64,000 nucleotides of DNA, from NCBI GenBank assembly GCA_049903315.1, contig JBNGBT010000002.1:128001-192000 (forward strand). Reading direction: 5' to 3'. The notes beneath the pieces were generated by a model. The model was not told the DNA's origin, did no database searches, and saw only the letters and a program-made list of their open reading frames with translations. Of this stretch, positions 26,357-36,753 are shown piece after piece. Every line of letters begins with the position of its first letter. Positions within the stretch are counted from its first letter, which is position 1. The DNA comes from Candidatus Cloacimonadota bacterium. Its GTDB lineage: Bacteria > Cloacimonadota > Cloacimonadia > JGIOTU-2. A program made the position numbers and the translations under genes.

Positions 26357-29068
26357 ATGAAAAAGATTTTACTCATCGATGATACACGTGAAAATTTAGA
26401 AGCGATCAAAGATACGATCGAAGAGCTTATATCTGATACTATTGTATTGATTGCTGAATCAGGAAAAGAAGGTTTAAAGATTGCAAAAAAAGAGCAGCCC
26501 GATGTCATTATTTCGGATATTGTTATGCCAGAAATGGACGGCATCGAAGTATGTAAGAGATTACTTGCAGACGAAACAACGAAGCATATTCCAATAATTA
26601 TACATACTGGCTCGAAAACTGACACTGAAACTCGTATTCAATGTCTGGAAGCAGGAGCTGAAGTATTTTTAACAAAACCAGTTAATGCAGGAGAGCTTAT
26701 TGCTCAGATAAATGCGGTTTTAAGGATCAAAATTGCTGAAGATGCATTGCTTGCAGAAAGAAAAGTGCTGGATGAAGAGGTTAAGAAGAGAACAAAAGAA
26801 CTGCAGGAATCTGAGAAACACTTTAAAACTCTATTTAATCTGATGATCGATCCTGTTGTCATTGTTGATAGTAAGGGTACATTTTTAGAAATCACTGATA
26901 GAATAGAAGAATTAACAGGTTTGAAACGCGAGGATTTTATTGGTATGAATTTTATAAAATCCAAGATCATTTCAGCAAAGTACAAAGCCATTCTTATAAA
27001 GAATCTGGCTAAACGAATGATGGGCGTAAAGGTAGCTCCATATGAAATTGAAATACTCTCAGCAAATGGGAAAAAAATTCCGTTTGAGATCAACGCTGCA
27101 AAAATTGACTATAAAGGCAAACCAGCAGACATGATAGTATTTCGTGATATAAAAGAACGAAAAAAAGCTGAAAATGAACTGGCGGAAAGTGAGTTATTAA
27201 ACAGAACTATCATTGAAAATTCACCAATCGGTATTTCTGTACGAGATAAAAACGGCACCCTTCTTTTATCAAATGAAGCATGGAGAATCCTTTGGGGGCA
27301 CTCTGAAAAAGATATTTCAGAATTATATAAAAAAAGAAAGAAGCTTGTTTTTGATAAAACAGATTCTTATCTTCAAGATCATCTTGATGAAATTAGAAAA
27401 GTATATACAGAAGGAAAGCAGTATTTTATTCAAGACATCAAATTGACCAAATCCGGAAAAAATAAGGCAGAATGGATATCACAATATTTTTACGCTATTA
27501 AAAATGAAAAAGGAAACGTTGAGAGAGTCGTTATTTTAACAGAAGACATAACCGAGCGCAAAATCGCCGAGGATAAGCTGAAAAAGAGTGAGGAATTTTA
27601 TAGGGGGATTACCGAAAACATTTCGGACATCCTCCTGATTGTGGATAAAATTGGAGATTTCATTTATGTAAGTCCATCCGTCGAGAATGTTCTTGGATAC
27701 CTACCCGATGAATTGATTGGTAAGAATATCTTTAAGTATATCAACAAGGTGGATATACCCCGTGCTATTATTGATTACGGCAAAGCTATCCTTACAAAAG
27801 AGGTTAATATTCCCAATTCATTCCGTGTTCTGCATAAAGATGGTTCCGACCGTATACTTGAGGGCTTAGGCAAGAACCAGTTTAAAAATCCAGCTATTGC
27901 TGGTTTTATCATGAATATTCATGACATCACCGAACAGAAACGGGCAGAGAAAATACAAAAAACATTATACAACATTTCCAATGCGCTAAATTTTGTTGGT
28001 AATTTGCACGAACTCTTTATTAAAATAAGAGAATACCTTGGAGAGGTGCTTGATGTAACCAATTTCTATGTTGCTTTATACGATGAAAAGACAGATATGA
28101 TCTCTCTTCCTTTTGATGTTGATGAAAAAGATGATTATGAAAATTTTCCTGCGGGTAAGACACTTACTAAATATGTGATTCAAACCGGAAAATCTCTCTT
28201 TGCTACGAATGATGTAGTAGAGGATTTAACTAAACATGGTGTAATTGAAACAATTGGCGCTCCTTCTGAAATCTGGCTTGGTGTTCCACTGAAAATTGAA
28301 AACAAAGTAATTGGTGCGATTGTAGTTCAAAGTTATGATGATCCAAATCTATATTCTGAAAAAGATATTGAAATTCTTACTTTTATTTCAGAAGAAATAG
28401 CACTTGCCATTCAACAAAAACAAGCAGAAGAAGAATTGAGAATAAGCCGAGAACGGTTAAAAACTGCCCACTCAATTTTACGACATGATATTACGAATGA
28501 TCTCGTAGTAATAAAAAGCGCACTTGATATTTACCGTGATGAGAATGATGAAACAATGTTGGATGAGATCGAAAAACGCGTTGAGAAAAGTATTGATACG
28601 ATACAAAAACAACGCGATCAGGAATTGTTTCTCCATGCTCATGCAGATCTGGATGAATATGATCTAGAAAAGGTAGCTCATAATTTTATAAATAATTATC
28701 CTTCTATGAAAATCAATATTACGGGTTCAGGTAAAGTCTATGCAGATAACGCATTATATTCCATTTTTGAGAACATAATTAACAATGCAGCAAAGCATGG
28801 TAATACCAAAACTCTGGATATTAATATTAGCTATGAAAATGACTCCTGCGTAATAAGATTTGGGGATAGGGGTATCGGCATACCAGACGGAATAAAAGAT
28901 AAAATATTTGACGAAGGTTACCATTTTGGCAAAGCAGGACATACAGGTATTGGCTTATATATCGTACGACGCACTGTCGAAGAATACGATGGAGAGGTTT
29001 TTGTTGAAGATAATAAACCTAAAGGGGCAGTTTTTGTTGTACGATTGAGGAGAGTTATTGAGAGATAG
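26357..29068 (+). CDS. Hybrid sensor kinase REC-PAS-PAS-PAS-GAF-HisKA-HATPase
   Basis: REC (ISDIVMPEMDG), three PAS/PAC ending RDIKERK, EDITERK, HDITEQK; GAF WLGVPL...VVQSY; LRHDITN; GHTGIGL. Confidence 0.9.
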   Translation: MKKILLIDDTRENLEAIKDTIEELISDTIVLIAESGKEGLKIAKKEQPDVIISDIVMPEMDGIEVCKRLLADETTKHIPIIIHTGSKTDTETRIQCLEAGAEVFLTKPVNAGELIAQINAVLRIKIAEDALLAERKVLDEEVKKRTKELQESEKHFKTLFNLMIDPVVIVDSKGTFLEITDRIEELTGLKREDFIGMNFIKSKIISAKYKAILIKNLAKRMMGVKVAPYEIEILSANGKKIPFEINAAKIDYKGKPADMIVFRDIKERKKAENELAESELLNRTIIENSPIGISVRDKNGTLLLSNEAWRILWGHSEKDISELYKKRKKLVFDKTDSYLQDHLDEIRKVYTEGKQYFIQDIKLTKSGKNKAEWISQYFYAIKNEKGNVERVVILTEDITERKIAEDKLKKSEEFYRGITENISDILLIVDKIGDFIYVSPSVENVLGYLPDELIGKNIFKYINKVDIPRAIIDYGKAILTKEVNIPNSFRVLHKDGSDRILEGLGKNQFKNPAIAGFIMNIHDITEQKRAEKIQKTLYNISNALNFVGNLHELFIKIREYLGEVLDVTNFYVALYDEKTDMISLPFDVDEKDDYENFPAGKTLTKYVIQTGKSLFATNDVVEDLTKHGVIETIGAPSEIWLGVPLKIENKVIGAIVVQSYDDPNLYSEKDIEILTFISEEIALAIQQKQAEEELRISRERLKTAHSILRHDITNDLVVIKSALDIYRDENDETMLDEIEKRVEKSIDTIQKQRDQELFLHAHADLDEYDLEKVAHNFINNYPSMKINITGSGKVYADNALYSIFENIINNAAKHGNTKTLDINISYENDSCVIRFGDRGIGIPDGIKDKIFDEGYHFGKAGHTGIGLYIVRRTVEEYDGEVFVEDNKPKGAVFVVRLRRVIER

Positions 29069-29211
29069 CCCCCAATCCATCTTTGATTTCTATAGTAATT
29101 TTTATCACTCCAACCCAGGTTTTTATTGTTATACTTGACTTATAATTATGCACTCAAAAAATTCAACAAAATTTTCTTAAAAATAATTTACGTATATGAA
29201 AGGGTTTCCTC

Positions 29212-31095
29212 ATGAAGAAAAACTGGTTTAGGACAGCAATCATAATTGTTGTTTTCCTTGTAACGATCTACTATCTTTTACCACTCATAGCGAAAAATGA
29301 ATATGCGATCGTGAACATTGAGGTCTATGATCAGGACTCGAATCTGATCTATGAAATTAATGAGCATGAATATAAAGTCGGGAGCAATCTTTTCGGGCAG
29401 GAATTTGAAGATCAGTTAACTATGACAGAGCTGCATGATTCACTTACCGTCACAGGAAAATTACCAGACTATATGTTGAGAAATGTAGAGGGTGATGTTG
29501 ATTTTACTAAGGATCAGATTATAAAAGCTGAACTTGTGGAGAAAACTACGAGAGTGGAGCTTCCCACCTGGTTCAGTAATAAGCAGCTCAAACTTGGTCT
29601 TGACCTGCAAGGTGGTATGCATCTTGTGCTTGAGGTGGATACAGAAGGACTTGCAACAGAAACCGCAGAAAATGCAATAAAAAGCGCACAGCAGATCATC
29701 ACAAACCGAATTGACCAGTTTGGTGTAGCGGAACCCACAATCCAGAAGATTGGTACGAAAAGAATTCTTGTACAACTTCCCGGGCTTCGTGATGCTGGCA
29801 GAGCAAAGGAACTTATTGGCAAAACTGCACTTCTTGAATTTCAGCTTGTTGCAAATACTCAGGATATAAGAAATGCTGTTGAAGCTATTGATGAATATCT
29901 TAAAAGTAATTATGATAAATATGCCTATTTGAAAACCATTGAAGATGAGAAGTCAACTGCAGTTGAGGACGCACTTTTTGAGAGTGAAACTGCTGATTCC
30001 CTGGCAGATTCTACTGCCGCTGCTGTCGAAGAAACATCTCATGATCATCTTTTCTCAAGTCTCGTTGCAGTATATGGACAGCGCTTGATAGTACGTCCTG
30101 AAAATCTCGAACTTTTCAGAAAAGTCATAAATCTTCCTGAGATACAGCAAATCATACCCGAGGGCGTGGTAATCCTTCTCGGAAAGGTCGACAAAGATAA
30201 TATTCAGGGAGCACGTCCCGTTTATTTTCTTTATGATACAGTAGAACTCACAGGCACTCATCTGAAGAACGCAGACGTTCGTATAGGGCAGGGAATGGAT
30301 CCCAAAATAGCAAACAAGCCGTACGTAAGTCTTCAGTTTGATAATGAAGGTTCGAGGATTTTTGCAAATGTAACTGGCAGCCATATTAACGAACAGCTCG
30401 CTATTGTTTTGGACAACATTGTTCATTCTGCACCTGTGATTAATGATAAGATCAGGGATGGAAATGCAATGATCACAGGTATTGGCGATATGGATGAAGC
30501 AAAAGATCTCGCTATTGTTCTCAATGCAGGTAACCTTCCAGCGCCGGTGAATATTATTGAAGAGCGTACTGTCGGTCCCACACTCGGATCGGATTCCATT
30601 AAAGCCGGCTTCAAAGCAGCTATTATTGGTCTTATAATTGTTATGGTCTTTATGATAATTTATTATAAATTGTCAGGTGTGATTGCGAATATTGCACTTA
30701 TCGGAAATGTTCTCATTATTCTCGCAGTACTCACGATGCTCAATGCAAGTTTGACCATGCCGGGTATCGCAGGTATTATTCTTACAATCGGTATGGCAGT
30801 TGATGCGAATGTGCTCATCTTTGAGAGAATTCGTGAAGAGCTGCGTGCCGGTAAAACAGTGCGCACAGCGATAGATAACGGCTATAAAAGAGCTGTAATT
30901 ACTATTGCTGATGCAAATATCACGACACTTATTACGGCTGTCGTGCTCTATCAATTCGGAACAGGTCCGATTCGTGGTTTTGCGGTTACTTTGAGTATCG
31001 GTATTCTTGCTTCTATGTTCACAGCAATTGTGGTGACCAAAGCTATATTTGATGGCGTGATCACTCGCAAACCTAGAAAAAGTCTTAGCATTTAA
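29212..31095 (+). CDS. secD: Protein translocase subunit SecD
   Basis: LGLDLQGG, RIDQFGVAEP, VGPTLG.DSI, GMAVDANVLIFERIREE. Confidence 0.96.
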   Translation: MKKNWFRTAIIIVVFLVTIYYLLPLIAKNEYAIVNIEVYDQDSNLIYEINEHEYKVGSNLFGQEFEDQLTMTELHDSLTVTGKLPDYMLRNVEGDVDFTKDQIIKAELVEKTTRVELPTWFSNKQLKLGLDLQGGMHLVLEVDTEGLATETAENAIKSAQQIITNRIDQFGVAEPTIQKIGTKRILVQLPGLRDAGRAKELIGKTALLEFQLVANTQDIRNAVEAIDEYLKSNYDKYAYLKTIEDEKSTAVEDALFESETADSLADSTAAAVEETSHDHLFSSLVAVYGQRLIVRPENLELFRKVINLPEIQQIIPEGVVILLGKVDKDNIQGARPVYFLYDTVELTGTHLKNADVRIGQGMDPKIANKPYVSLQFDNEGSRIFANVTGSHINEQLAIVLDNIVHSAPVINDKIRDGNAMITGIGDMDEAKDLAIVLNAGNLPAPVNIIEERTVGPTLGSDSIKAGFKAAIIGLIIVMVFMIIYYKLSGVIANIALIGNVLIILAVLTMLNASLTMPGIAGIILTIGMAVDANVLIFERIREELRAGKTVRTAIDNGYKRAVITIADANITTLITAVVLYQFGTGPIRGFAVTLSIGILASMFTAIVVTKAIFDGVITRKPRKSLSI

Positions 31096-31107
31096 GAGGA
31101 GATCAAC

Positions 31108-32061
31108 ATGAATTTCTTATCAAATACTCATATAGATTTTATAAGCAAACGTAAAATTGCATTTATTATTTCCGGTCTTCTGATCGTCGCAGGTATTACG
31201 TCCTGGATCATTCACGGTGGACCTCAATATGGTATTGATTTCACAGGCGGAACACTTTTTGAATTTGATTTTACTCCAGATACGATTGAAACTCCTCCTG
31301 TTGAGATCCAAGCTGTTCGTGATATAATGAGTTCAGAGGGCTTTAGCGATGCGGTCATTCAGGAATTTGGAAATCCAAACATTATTTTGATAAAAATCAA
31401 GGCAAGTGAAAATCCAAAAGAAGATGAAGAAGCTCTGATGAGTATTCTACGCACAAACTTTCCGAATTATGCAGCAAATAAGACCGAAATTGATTTTCTT
31501 CGAAGAAGTGAACATGTAGGTTCTAAAATTGGAGAAGAGCTGCGTGGAAAAGCTCTCATTGCTATTCTGATCGCTATGCTCGGTATTATTATATATATAT
31601 GGTGGAGATTTGAGCTTACTTTTGGTTTTGCTGCCGTTCTGGCACTTTTACATGATGTGGTGATCACAGTTGGACTTCTCTCGATTTTCAATATCGAAAT
31701 CACCATCAGTGTTATTGCAGCATTGCTGGCAATTGTGGGTTATTCTCTTAATGATACGATTGTGCTTTTCGTGCGGGTTCGAGAAGATTTGAAGATATAC
31801 CGTAAAGAAAACTACGAATCGATTATTAATCATAGCATCAATGAAGTGCTCTCACGAACTGTTATTACTTCCTTCACGACACTTATCGTTGTGGTAATAC
31901 TGTTCTTCTTTGGCGGTGAGGGAATACGGGCGTTCTCGACTACACTTCTGATAGGTGTTATTGTTGGTACATACTCTTCCATCTTCATTGCAAGCCCTGT
32001 TCTTGTCGCTTATAGGAATTGGAAAAACAAGCATTCGGAGAATAAGCGCCGAAGAGTATAA
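31108..32061 (+). CDS. secF: Protein translocase subunit SecF
   Basis: GIDFTGG, LHDV, GYSLNDTIV, GTYSSIFIA. Confidence 0.96.
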   Translation: MNFLSNTHIDFISKRKIAFIISGLLIVAGITSWIIHGGPQYGIDFTGGTLFEFDFTPDTIETPPVEIQAVRDIMSSEGFSDAVIQEFGNPNIILIKIKASENPKEDEEALMSILRTNFPNYAANKTEIDFLRRSEHVGSKIGEELRGKALIAILIAMLGIIIYIWWRFELTFGFAAVLALLHDVVITVGLLSIFNIEITISVIAALLAIVGYSLNDTIVLFVRVREDLKIYRKENYESIINHSINEVLSRTVITSFTTLIVVVILFFFGGEGIRAFSTTLLIGVIVGTYSSIFIASPVLVAYRNWKNKHSENKRRRV

Positions 32062-32076
32062 TCTCAAGCTTGTATC

Positions 32077-32616
32077 GTGCATATTATATCAGGAACTTAT
32101 AAAGGGCACAACATATCTGTTCCAAAGAGTGCTGTTCGCCCAACTATGGATAAGGTTCGGGAAGCGATATTTGCAATTATCCGAAGTGAAGTGGCATACG
32201 CCAGAGTCCTTGATCTTTTTGCAGGGAGTGGCAGTCTTGGATTAGAAGCACTCAGCGAAGGCGCAGAACGATGCGATTTTGTGGAAAACTCATACCAGGT
32301 TATTAAAATTCTACAAAAAAATATCACTGCTCTTACTCTTGAAAAAGTTTCCCAAATTCATAATTGTTCTGTTTTCAGCTATCTCAATCATTGTACTAAA
32401 ATATACGACTTGATTCTCTTTGATCCTCCATATAAAAGAGAATTTGCATGCCAGATTATAAAAGCAATATATGAGAACAATATACTTTCTGATGAAGGAA
32501 TCATTGTTGCAGAAACAGGTAAGAGCGAAGATATTTTAGAATTCGAGAAGTTTATTATAAAAGAAAAAATTTATGGCGACACAAAAGTGACAATATTAAA
32601 GAAAGGAACAGTATGA
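32077..32616 (+). CDS. rsmD: 16S rRNA m2G966 methyltransferase
   Basis: RPT.DKVREAIF, LDLFAGSGSLGLEALS, DPPY, YGDT; GTG start. Confidence 0.9.
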   Translation: MHIISGTYKGHNISVPKSAVRPTMDKVREAIFAIIRSEVAYARVLDLFAGSGSLGLEALSEGAERCDFVENSYQVIKILQKNITALTLEKVSQIHNCSVFSYLNHCTKIYDLILFDPPYKREFACQIIKAIYENNILSDEGIIVAETGKSEDILEFEKFIIKEKIYGDTKVTILKKGTV

Positions 32617-34034
32617 GTCTTACTCTGTATAATACATTAACTCGTAAAAAAGAAGAATTTAAATCCATCAGAAAAGACGATGTTGGGCTTTATACGTGTG
32701 GACTTACTGTTTATAATTACGCACATATTGGGAATCTGCGCACCTATATTTTTGAGGATATTCTCAAGCGGGTGCTTTTGTATGATGGGTACAAAGTCAC
32801 TCATGTGATGAACATTACTGATATTGGGCACCTCACATCCGATGCTGATACCGGTGAAGACAAGATGGTCAAGGAAGCAAAAAAAGAAGGGAAGACAGTG
32901 TGGGAAATCGCTGAACATTATACAACTGCTTTTGAAAATGATCTTGCTCAGCTCAATATCCTTCCCCCGGATCATCATGTCAAAGCCACTGCGCATATTC
33001 AACAGATGATCGATCTTATTAAACGATTGGAAGAAAAGGGATTTACCTATATTGCAGATGGGAATGTGTATTTTGATATTTCAAAATTTCCCGAATATGG
33101 AAAATTGGGAAGAATAAATATGGAGAGTTTGAAGGCAGGGGCACGTATTGAGGTCGATTCTGCAAAAAAAAATCCCTTCGATTTTGTACTTTGGTTCACT
33201 AAATCAAAATTTGATGACCAAGAAATGAAATGGGACAGCCCATGGGGAAGAGGATATCCCGGCTGGCATGTCGAATGTTCTGCCATTTCCATGTGCTATC
33301 TCGGAGAAACATTTGATATTCATTGTGGCGGGATCGATCATATTCGCGTTCATCATACAAATGAGATTGCGCAAAGTGAAGCTGCAACAGGCAAAAAATG
33401 GGTTAACTATTGGCTTCATGCTGAATTTCTTATAATGAATGAAGAGAAGATGAGTAAGTCCAAAGGTGGTTTTCTCACTTTATCCAAACTTGAAGAAATG
33501 GGATACTCTCCAATGGTGTATAGATATTTTTGTCTTGGTGCACATTACAGGCAGCCATTAACTTTCAGTGATGAAGCGATTGAAACAGCAAAATCTGCGT
33601 ATAATCGTTTGATAAATATTTTTATTGATATTAAGAAAAATCGTGCGGAAAGCATACCTAATCTTGAATTTGTAAATAAGATGAAGCAACTTTTCAGTAA
33701 GAAAGTTAATAATGATCTGAATATGCCGGAAGCACTCGCAGTTTTGTGGCAGGTGCTTCGCACAGAGGAAATCGGTTATTTAGAGAAGTATGATCTTATA
33801 CTTGAATTTGATAGAATATTAGGCTTGAATTTGAATAAAGCAGAGCAAGTTCTTGAGGATGAAGCTCAGCTAAAAGTCGATGTCCAGCTTGTCGAACAGC
33901 TCATAAAGGAACGGGAGGATGCGAGAAAGAATAAAAATTGGGCAAAATCTGATGAAATCCGAGACAAATTGAGTGATATGGGGGTAGAGGTTCGTGATAG
34001 CTCAGGGGGTACATTCTGGCGTATCAAATCATAA
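32613..34034 (+). CDS. cysS: Cysteine--tRNA ligase
   Basis: CGLTVY..AHIGN, PGWHVECS, DIHCGG.DH, KMSKS. Confidence 0.97.
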   Translation: MSLTLYNTLTRKKEEFKSIRKDDVGLYTCGLTVYNYAHIGNLRTYIFEDILKRVLLYDGYKVTHVMNITDIGHLTSDADTGEDKMVKEAKKEGKTVWEIAEHYTTAFENDLAQLNILPPDHHVKATAHIQQMIDLIKRLEEKGFTYIADGNVYFDISKFPEYGKLGRINMESLKAGARIEVDSAKKNPFDFVLWFTKSKFDDQEMKWDSPWGRGYPGWHVECSAISMCYLGETFDIHCGGIDHIRVHHTNEIAQSEAATGKKWVNYWLHAEFLIMNEEKMSKSKGGFLTLSKLEEMGYSPMVYRYFCLGAHYRQPLTFSDEAIETAKSAYNRLINIFIDIKKNRAESIPNLEFVNKMKQLFSKKVNNDLNMPEALAVLWQVLRTEEIGYLEKYDLILEFDRILGLNLNKAEQVLEDEAQLKVDVQLVEQLIKEREDARKNKNWAKSDEIRDKLSDMGVEVRDSSGGTFWRIKS

Positions 34035-34201
34035 TATAGATTTTCTGTTATATTATCCAAAATTCATGATATTTTCATATATGTAATAAATTCATATTTA
34101 AATAATATAAAAAAGCATAAAAAATTTGACAGTATTTTTGCAATTTCGGCAATCTGTATTTTCTAAGTATAGAGTGGTATAAAAGTGTGAAAAATATAGT
34201 A

Positions 34202-34276
34202 GCCACCATAGCTCAGGGGTAGAGCAGGGGTTTTGTAAACCTCTGGTCGGGGGTTCAAATCCCTCTGGTGGCTCCA
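34202..34276 (+). tRNA. tRNA-Thr(TGT)
   Basis: Cloverleaf, anticodon loop TT-TGT-AA, encoded CCA. Confidence 0.95.
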
Positions 34277-34291
34277 GAATTTATTTTAAGT

Positions 34292-34376
34292 GGGGAGATA
34301 CCCTAGTGGTCAAAGGGAGCAGACTGTAAATCTGCCGGCGAAGCCTTCGGAGGTTCAAATCCTTCTCTCCCCACCA
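34292..34376 (+). tRNA. tRNA-Tyr(GTA)
   Basis: GGGGAGA/TCTCCCC acceptor, CT-GTA-AA loop, long variable arm, CCA. Confidence 0.95.
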
Positions 34377-34382
34377 TATATT

Positions 34383-34459
34383 GCGGGAATAGCTCAGCTG
34401 GCTAGAGCATTAGCCTTCCAAGCTAAGGGTCGCGGGTTCGAACCCCGTTTCCCGCTCCA
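34383..34459 (+). tRNA. tRNA-Gly(TCC)
   Basis: TTAGC-CT-TCC-AA-GCTAA anticodon arm, CCA. Confidence 0.95.
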
Positions 34460-34460
34460 T

Positions 34461-34536
34461 GCTCATGTAGCTCAGTCGGTAGAGCACATCCTTGGTAAGG
34501 ATGAGGTCACCGGTTCAATCCCGGTCATGAGCTCCA
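34461..34536 (+). tRNA. tRNA-Thr(GGT)
   Basis: CATCC-TT-GGT-AA-GGATG anticodon arm, CCA; 1 nt after tRNA-Gly. Confidence 0.95.
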
Positions 34537-34563
34537 ATGAAATGTATAATAACAGGAGGATAC

Positions 34564-35754
34564 ATGGCAAAGGAAACTTATAAGAGAACAAAACCGCATG
34601 TTAATGTTGGTACTATCGGTCATATCGACCATGGTAAGACCACATTAACCGCTGCAATGACACTTGTTCTTTCAAAAAAGGGGCAGGCAAATTATGTCTC
34701 TTTCGATCAAATCGATAATGCCCCGGAAGAAAAAGAACGTGGTATCACTATTGCAACTGCTCATGTTGAGTATGAGAGTGCAAATCGACACTACGCACAC
34801 GTAGACTGTCCAGGTCATGCTGACTATATCAAGAACATGATCACCGGTGCAGCCCAAATGGATGGCACGATCTTGGTCGTGAGTGCTGCTGATGGTGTTA
34901 TGCCTCAGACAAGAGAACATATTCTTCTTGCAAAGCAAGTGAATGTTCCTTACGTTGTGGTATTCTTGAACAAGACAGATATGGTTGATGATCCTGAACT
35001 CATTGAATTAGTAGAACTTGAAGTTCGTGATCTTCTCAATGATTATGATTTCCCCGGAGACGAAGTCCCGATCGTTCAGGGCAGTGCTCTTGAAGCATTG
35101 AATAACCCTGATGATGCTGAAAAAACAAAATGTATTCATGAACTGATCGATGCGATCGATGATTACATTCCTCTTCCAGAAAGAAAGACAGATCAACCTT
35201 TCTTGATGCCTATTGAAGACATTTTCAGTATTCCCGGACGTGGAACAGTTTCTACAGGAAGAATCGAACGTGGTGTTGTCAAAGTTGGAGACAAAGTTGA
35301 ACGTGTAGGAATCAGAGAAACCCGTGAAATCGTTGTGACCGGTGTCGAAATGTTCAGAAAACTTCTGGATCGTGGAGAAGCTGGTGATAACGTTGGTGTG
35401 TTACTCCGTGGTATTGCAAAAGACGATGTTGAACGCGGCATGGTCCTTGCCAAGCCAGGTAGTATTACCCCTCACAAGAAATTCAAAGGCGAAACCTATA
35501 TTCTTACAAAAGATGAAGGTGGAAGACACAAACCTTTCTTCTCTGGTTACAGACCTCAATTCTATTTCAGAACTACTGACGTGACTGGTACATTATCACT
35601 TCCTGAAGGAACAGATATGGTAATGCCAGGCGATAGAGTGATCATGGAAATTGATCTTCTTACACCTATTGCTATGGAAAAAGGTCTTCGTTTCGCTATT
35701 CGTGAAGGTGGACGTACAGTCGGTGCTGGAGTTGTCACAGAGATAATCGAATAA
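34564..35754 (+). CDS. tuf: Elongation factor Tu
   Basis: [41 protein letters not shown] before ATG 34564. Confidence 0.99.
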   Translation: MAKETYKRTKPHVNVGTIGHIDHGKTTLTAAMTLVLSKKGQANYVSFDQIDNAPEEKERGITIATAHVEYESANRHYAHVDCPGHADYIKNMITGAAQMDGTILVVSAADGVMPQTREHILLAKQVNVPYVVVFLNKTDMVDDPELIELVELEVRDLLNDYDFPGDEVPIVQGSALEALNNPDDAEKTKCIHELIDAIDDYIPLPERKTDQPFLMPIEDIFSIPGRGTVSTGRIERGVVKVGDKVERVGIRETREIVVTGVEMFRKLLDRGEAGDNVGVLLRGIAKDDVERGMVLAKPGSITPHKKFKGETYILTKDEGGRHKPFFSGYRPQFYFRTTDVTGTLSLPEGTDMVMPGDRVIMEIDLLTPIAMEKGLRFAIREGGRTVGAGVVTEIIE

Positions 35755-35763
35755 GGACAATAA

Positions 35764-35913
35764 ATGAGAATCTATATTAAGCTTGCCTGTTCTGAGTGTA
35801 AATCGCGCAATTATACGACCACAAAGAACAAACAGACTCATCCTAATAAGCTGGAGTCAAAAAAGTATTGTCCGAAATGTAGAAAGCATACACTTCACAA
35901 AGAAACTAAATAA
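35764..35913 (+). CDS. rpmG: 50S ribosomal protein L33 (Zn-binding form)
   Basis: Translated by hand: [23 protein letters not shown]...[17 protein letters not shown]. Confidence 0.95.
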   Translation: MRIYIKLACSECKSRNYTTTKNKQTHPNKLESKKYCPKCRKHTLHKETK

Positions 35914-35923
35914 TTCAATGTGT

Positions 35924-35999
35924 AGGGCTGTAGCTTAATTGGCAAAGCGGCGGTCTCCAAAACCGAAGAGTGCGGGTTCAATTCCTGCCAGCCCTGCCA
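35924..35999 (+). tRNA. tRNA-Trp(CCA)
   Basis: AGGGCTG/CAGCCCT acceptor, CT-CCA-AA loop, CCA; usual position before secE. Confidence 0.95.
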
Positions 36000-36020
36000 T
36001 TATTTTCTGGATAGAAATTT

Positions 36021-36209
36021 ATGTTTAAAAAAATAGCAAAGTTCTTAAAAGAAGTTCGCCAGGAACTACGTAACGTTGTTTGGCCAACAAAAGCAGACCT
36101 CAAAGAAGGTACTACTGTGGTAATTGCTTTCTCTGTACTCCTGGGTATCTTTATTTGGATCATTGATAATATTTTCACGCAAGTAGTGAATCTGGTGTTG
36201 TTTAGATAA
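36021..36209 (+). CDS. secE: Preprotein translocase subunit SecE
   Basis: EVRQELRNVVWPT plus one TM; between tRNA-Trp and nusG. Confidence 0.93.
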   Translation: MFKKIAKFLKEVRQELRNVVWPTKADLKEGTTVVIAFSVLLGIFIWIIDNIFTQVVNLVLFR

Positions 36210-36739
36210 TGGAAAAAAAATGGTATGTGCTCCACACGTATGTGGGCAAAGAGAAAAAAGTCAAAGAAGCGATCGAGAAGTTTCTTGAAGATAGTGATCT
36301 TAAAGAGTACTTTGGCGAGATCATCATACCTTCTCATAAGACCTTTGTTATCAGAGATGGCAAAAAGGTTGTGAAAGAGAAGAAGATCTTTCCAAATTAT
36401 ATTCTGATGGAAATGAACATGACTCCTGAAACCTATCAGTTCGTACTTCGACTTCCTGCCACAACAAAATTTTTGGGTGGCAATAAAACCCCTAAACCAT
36501 TATCTGAAAAAGAAGTAAACAGAATTCTTGGAGTGAAGCGAGATAAAGACTCTGTGTCCAGCGGAATGAAATACATTGTCGGTGACCGTATAAAGATCAT
36601 AGACGGACCCTTTGATGATTTTGAGGGTGGAATAGAGAGAATTATCGAAGACAAAGAAAAACTTGTTGTGAATGTGACCGTTTTTGGTCGTATCACACCG
36701 GTCGAGGTCGGTTTCAGTCAAGTAGAAAAGCTCGATTAA
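36209..36739 (+). CDS. nusG: Transcription factor NusG
   Basis: WYVLHT, FPNYIL, KOW GPF..FEG, VFGR.TPVE. Confidence 0.96.
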   Translation: MEKKWYVLHTYVGKEKKVKEAIEKFLEDSDLKEYFGEIIIPSHKTFVIRDGKKVVKEKKIFPNYILMEMNMTPETYQFVLRLPATTKFLGGNKTPKPLSEKEVNRILGVKRDKDSVSSGMKYIVGDRIKIIDGPFDDFEGGIERIIEDKEKLVVNVTVFGRITPVEVGFSQVEKLD

Positions 36740-36753
36740 AGGTTAGTAATATA

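Noticed and set aside
34290..34583. 97-aa ORF in the track
   Set aside because: It overlies tRNA-Tyr, -Gly and -Thr; spurious. The tuf extension to 34537 is likewise rejected in favour of ATG 34564 with AGGAGG.
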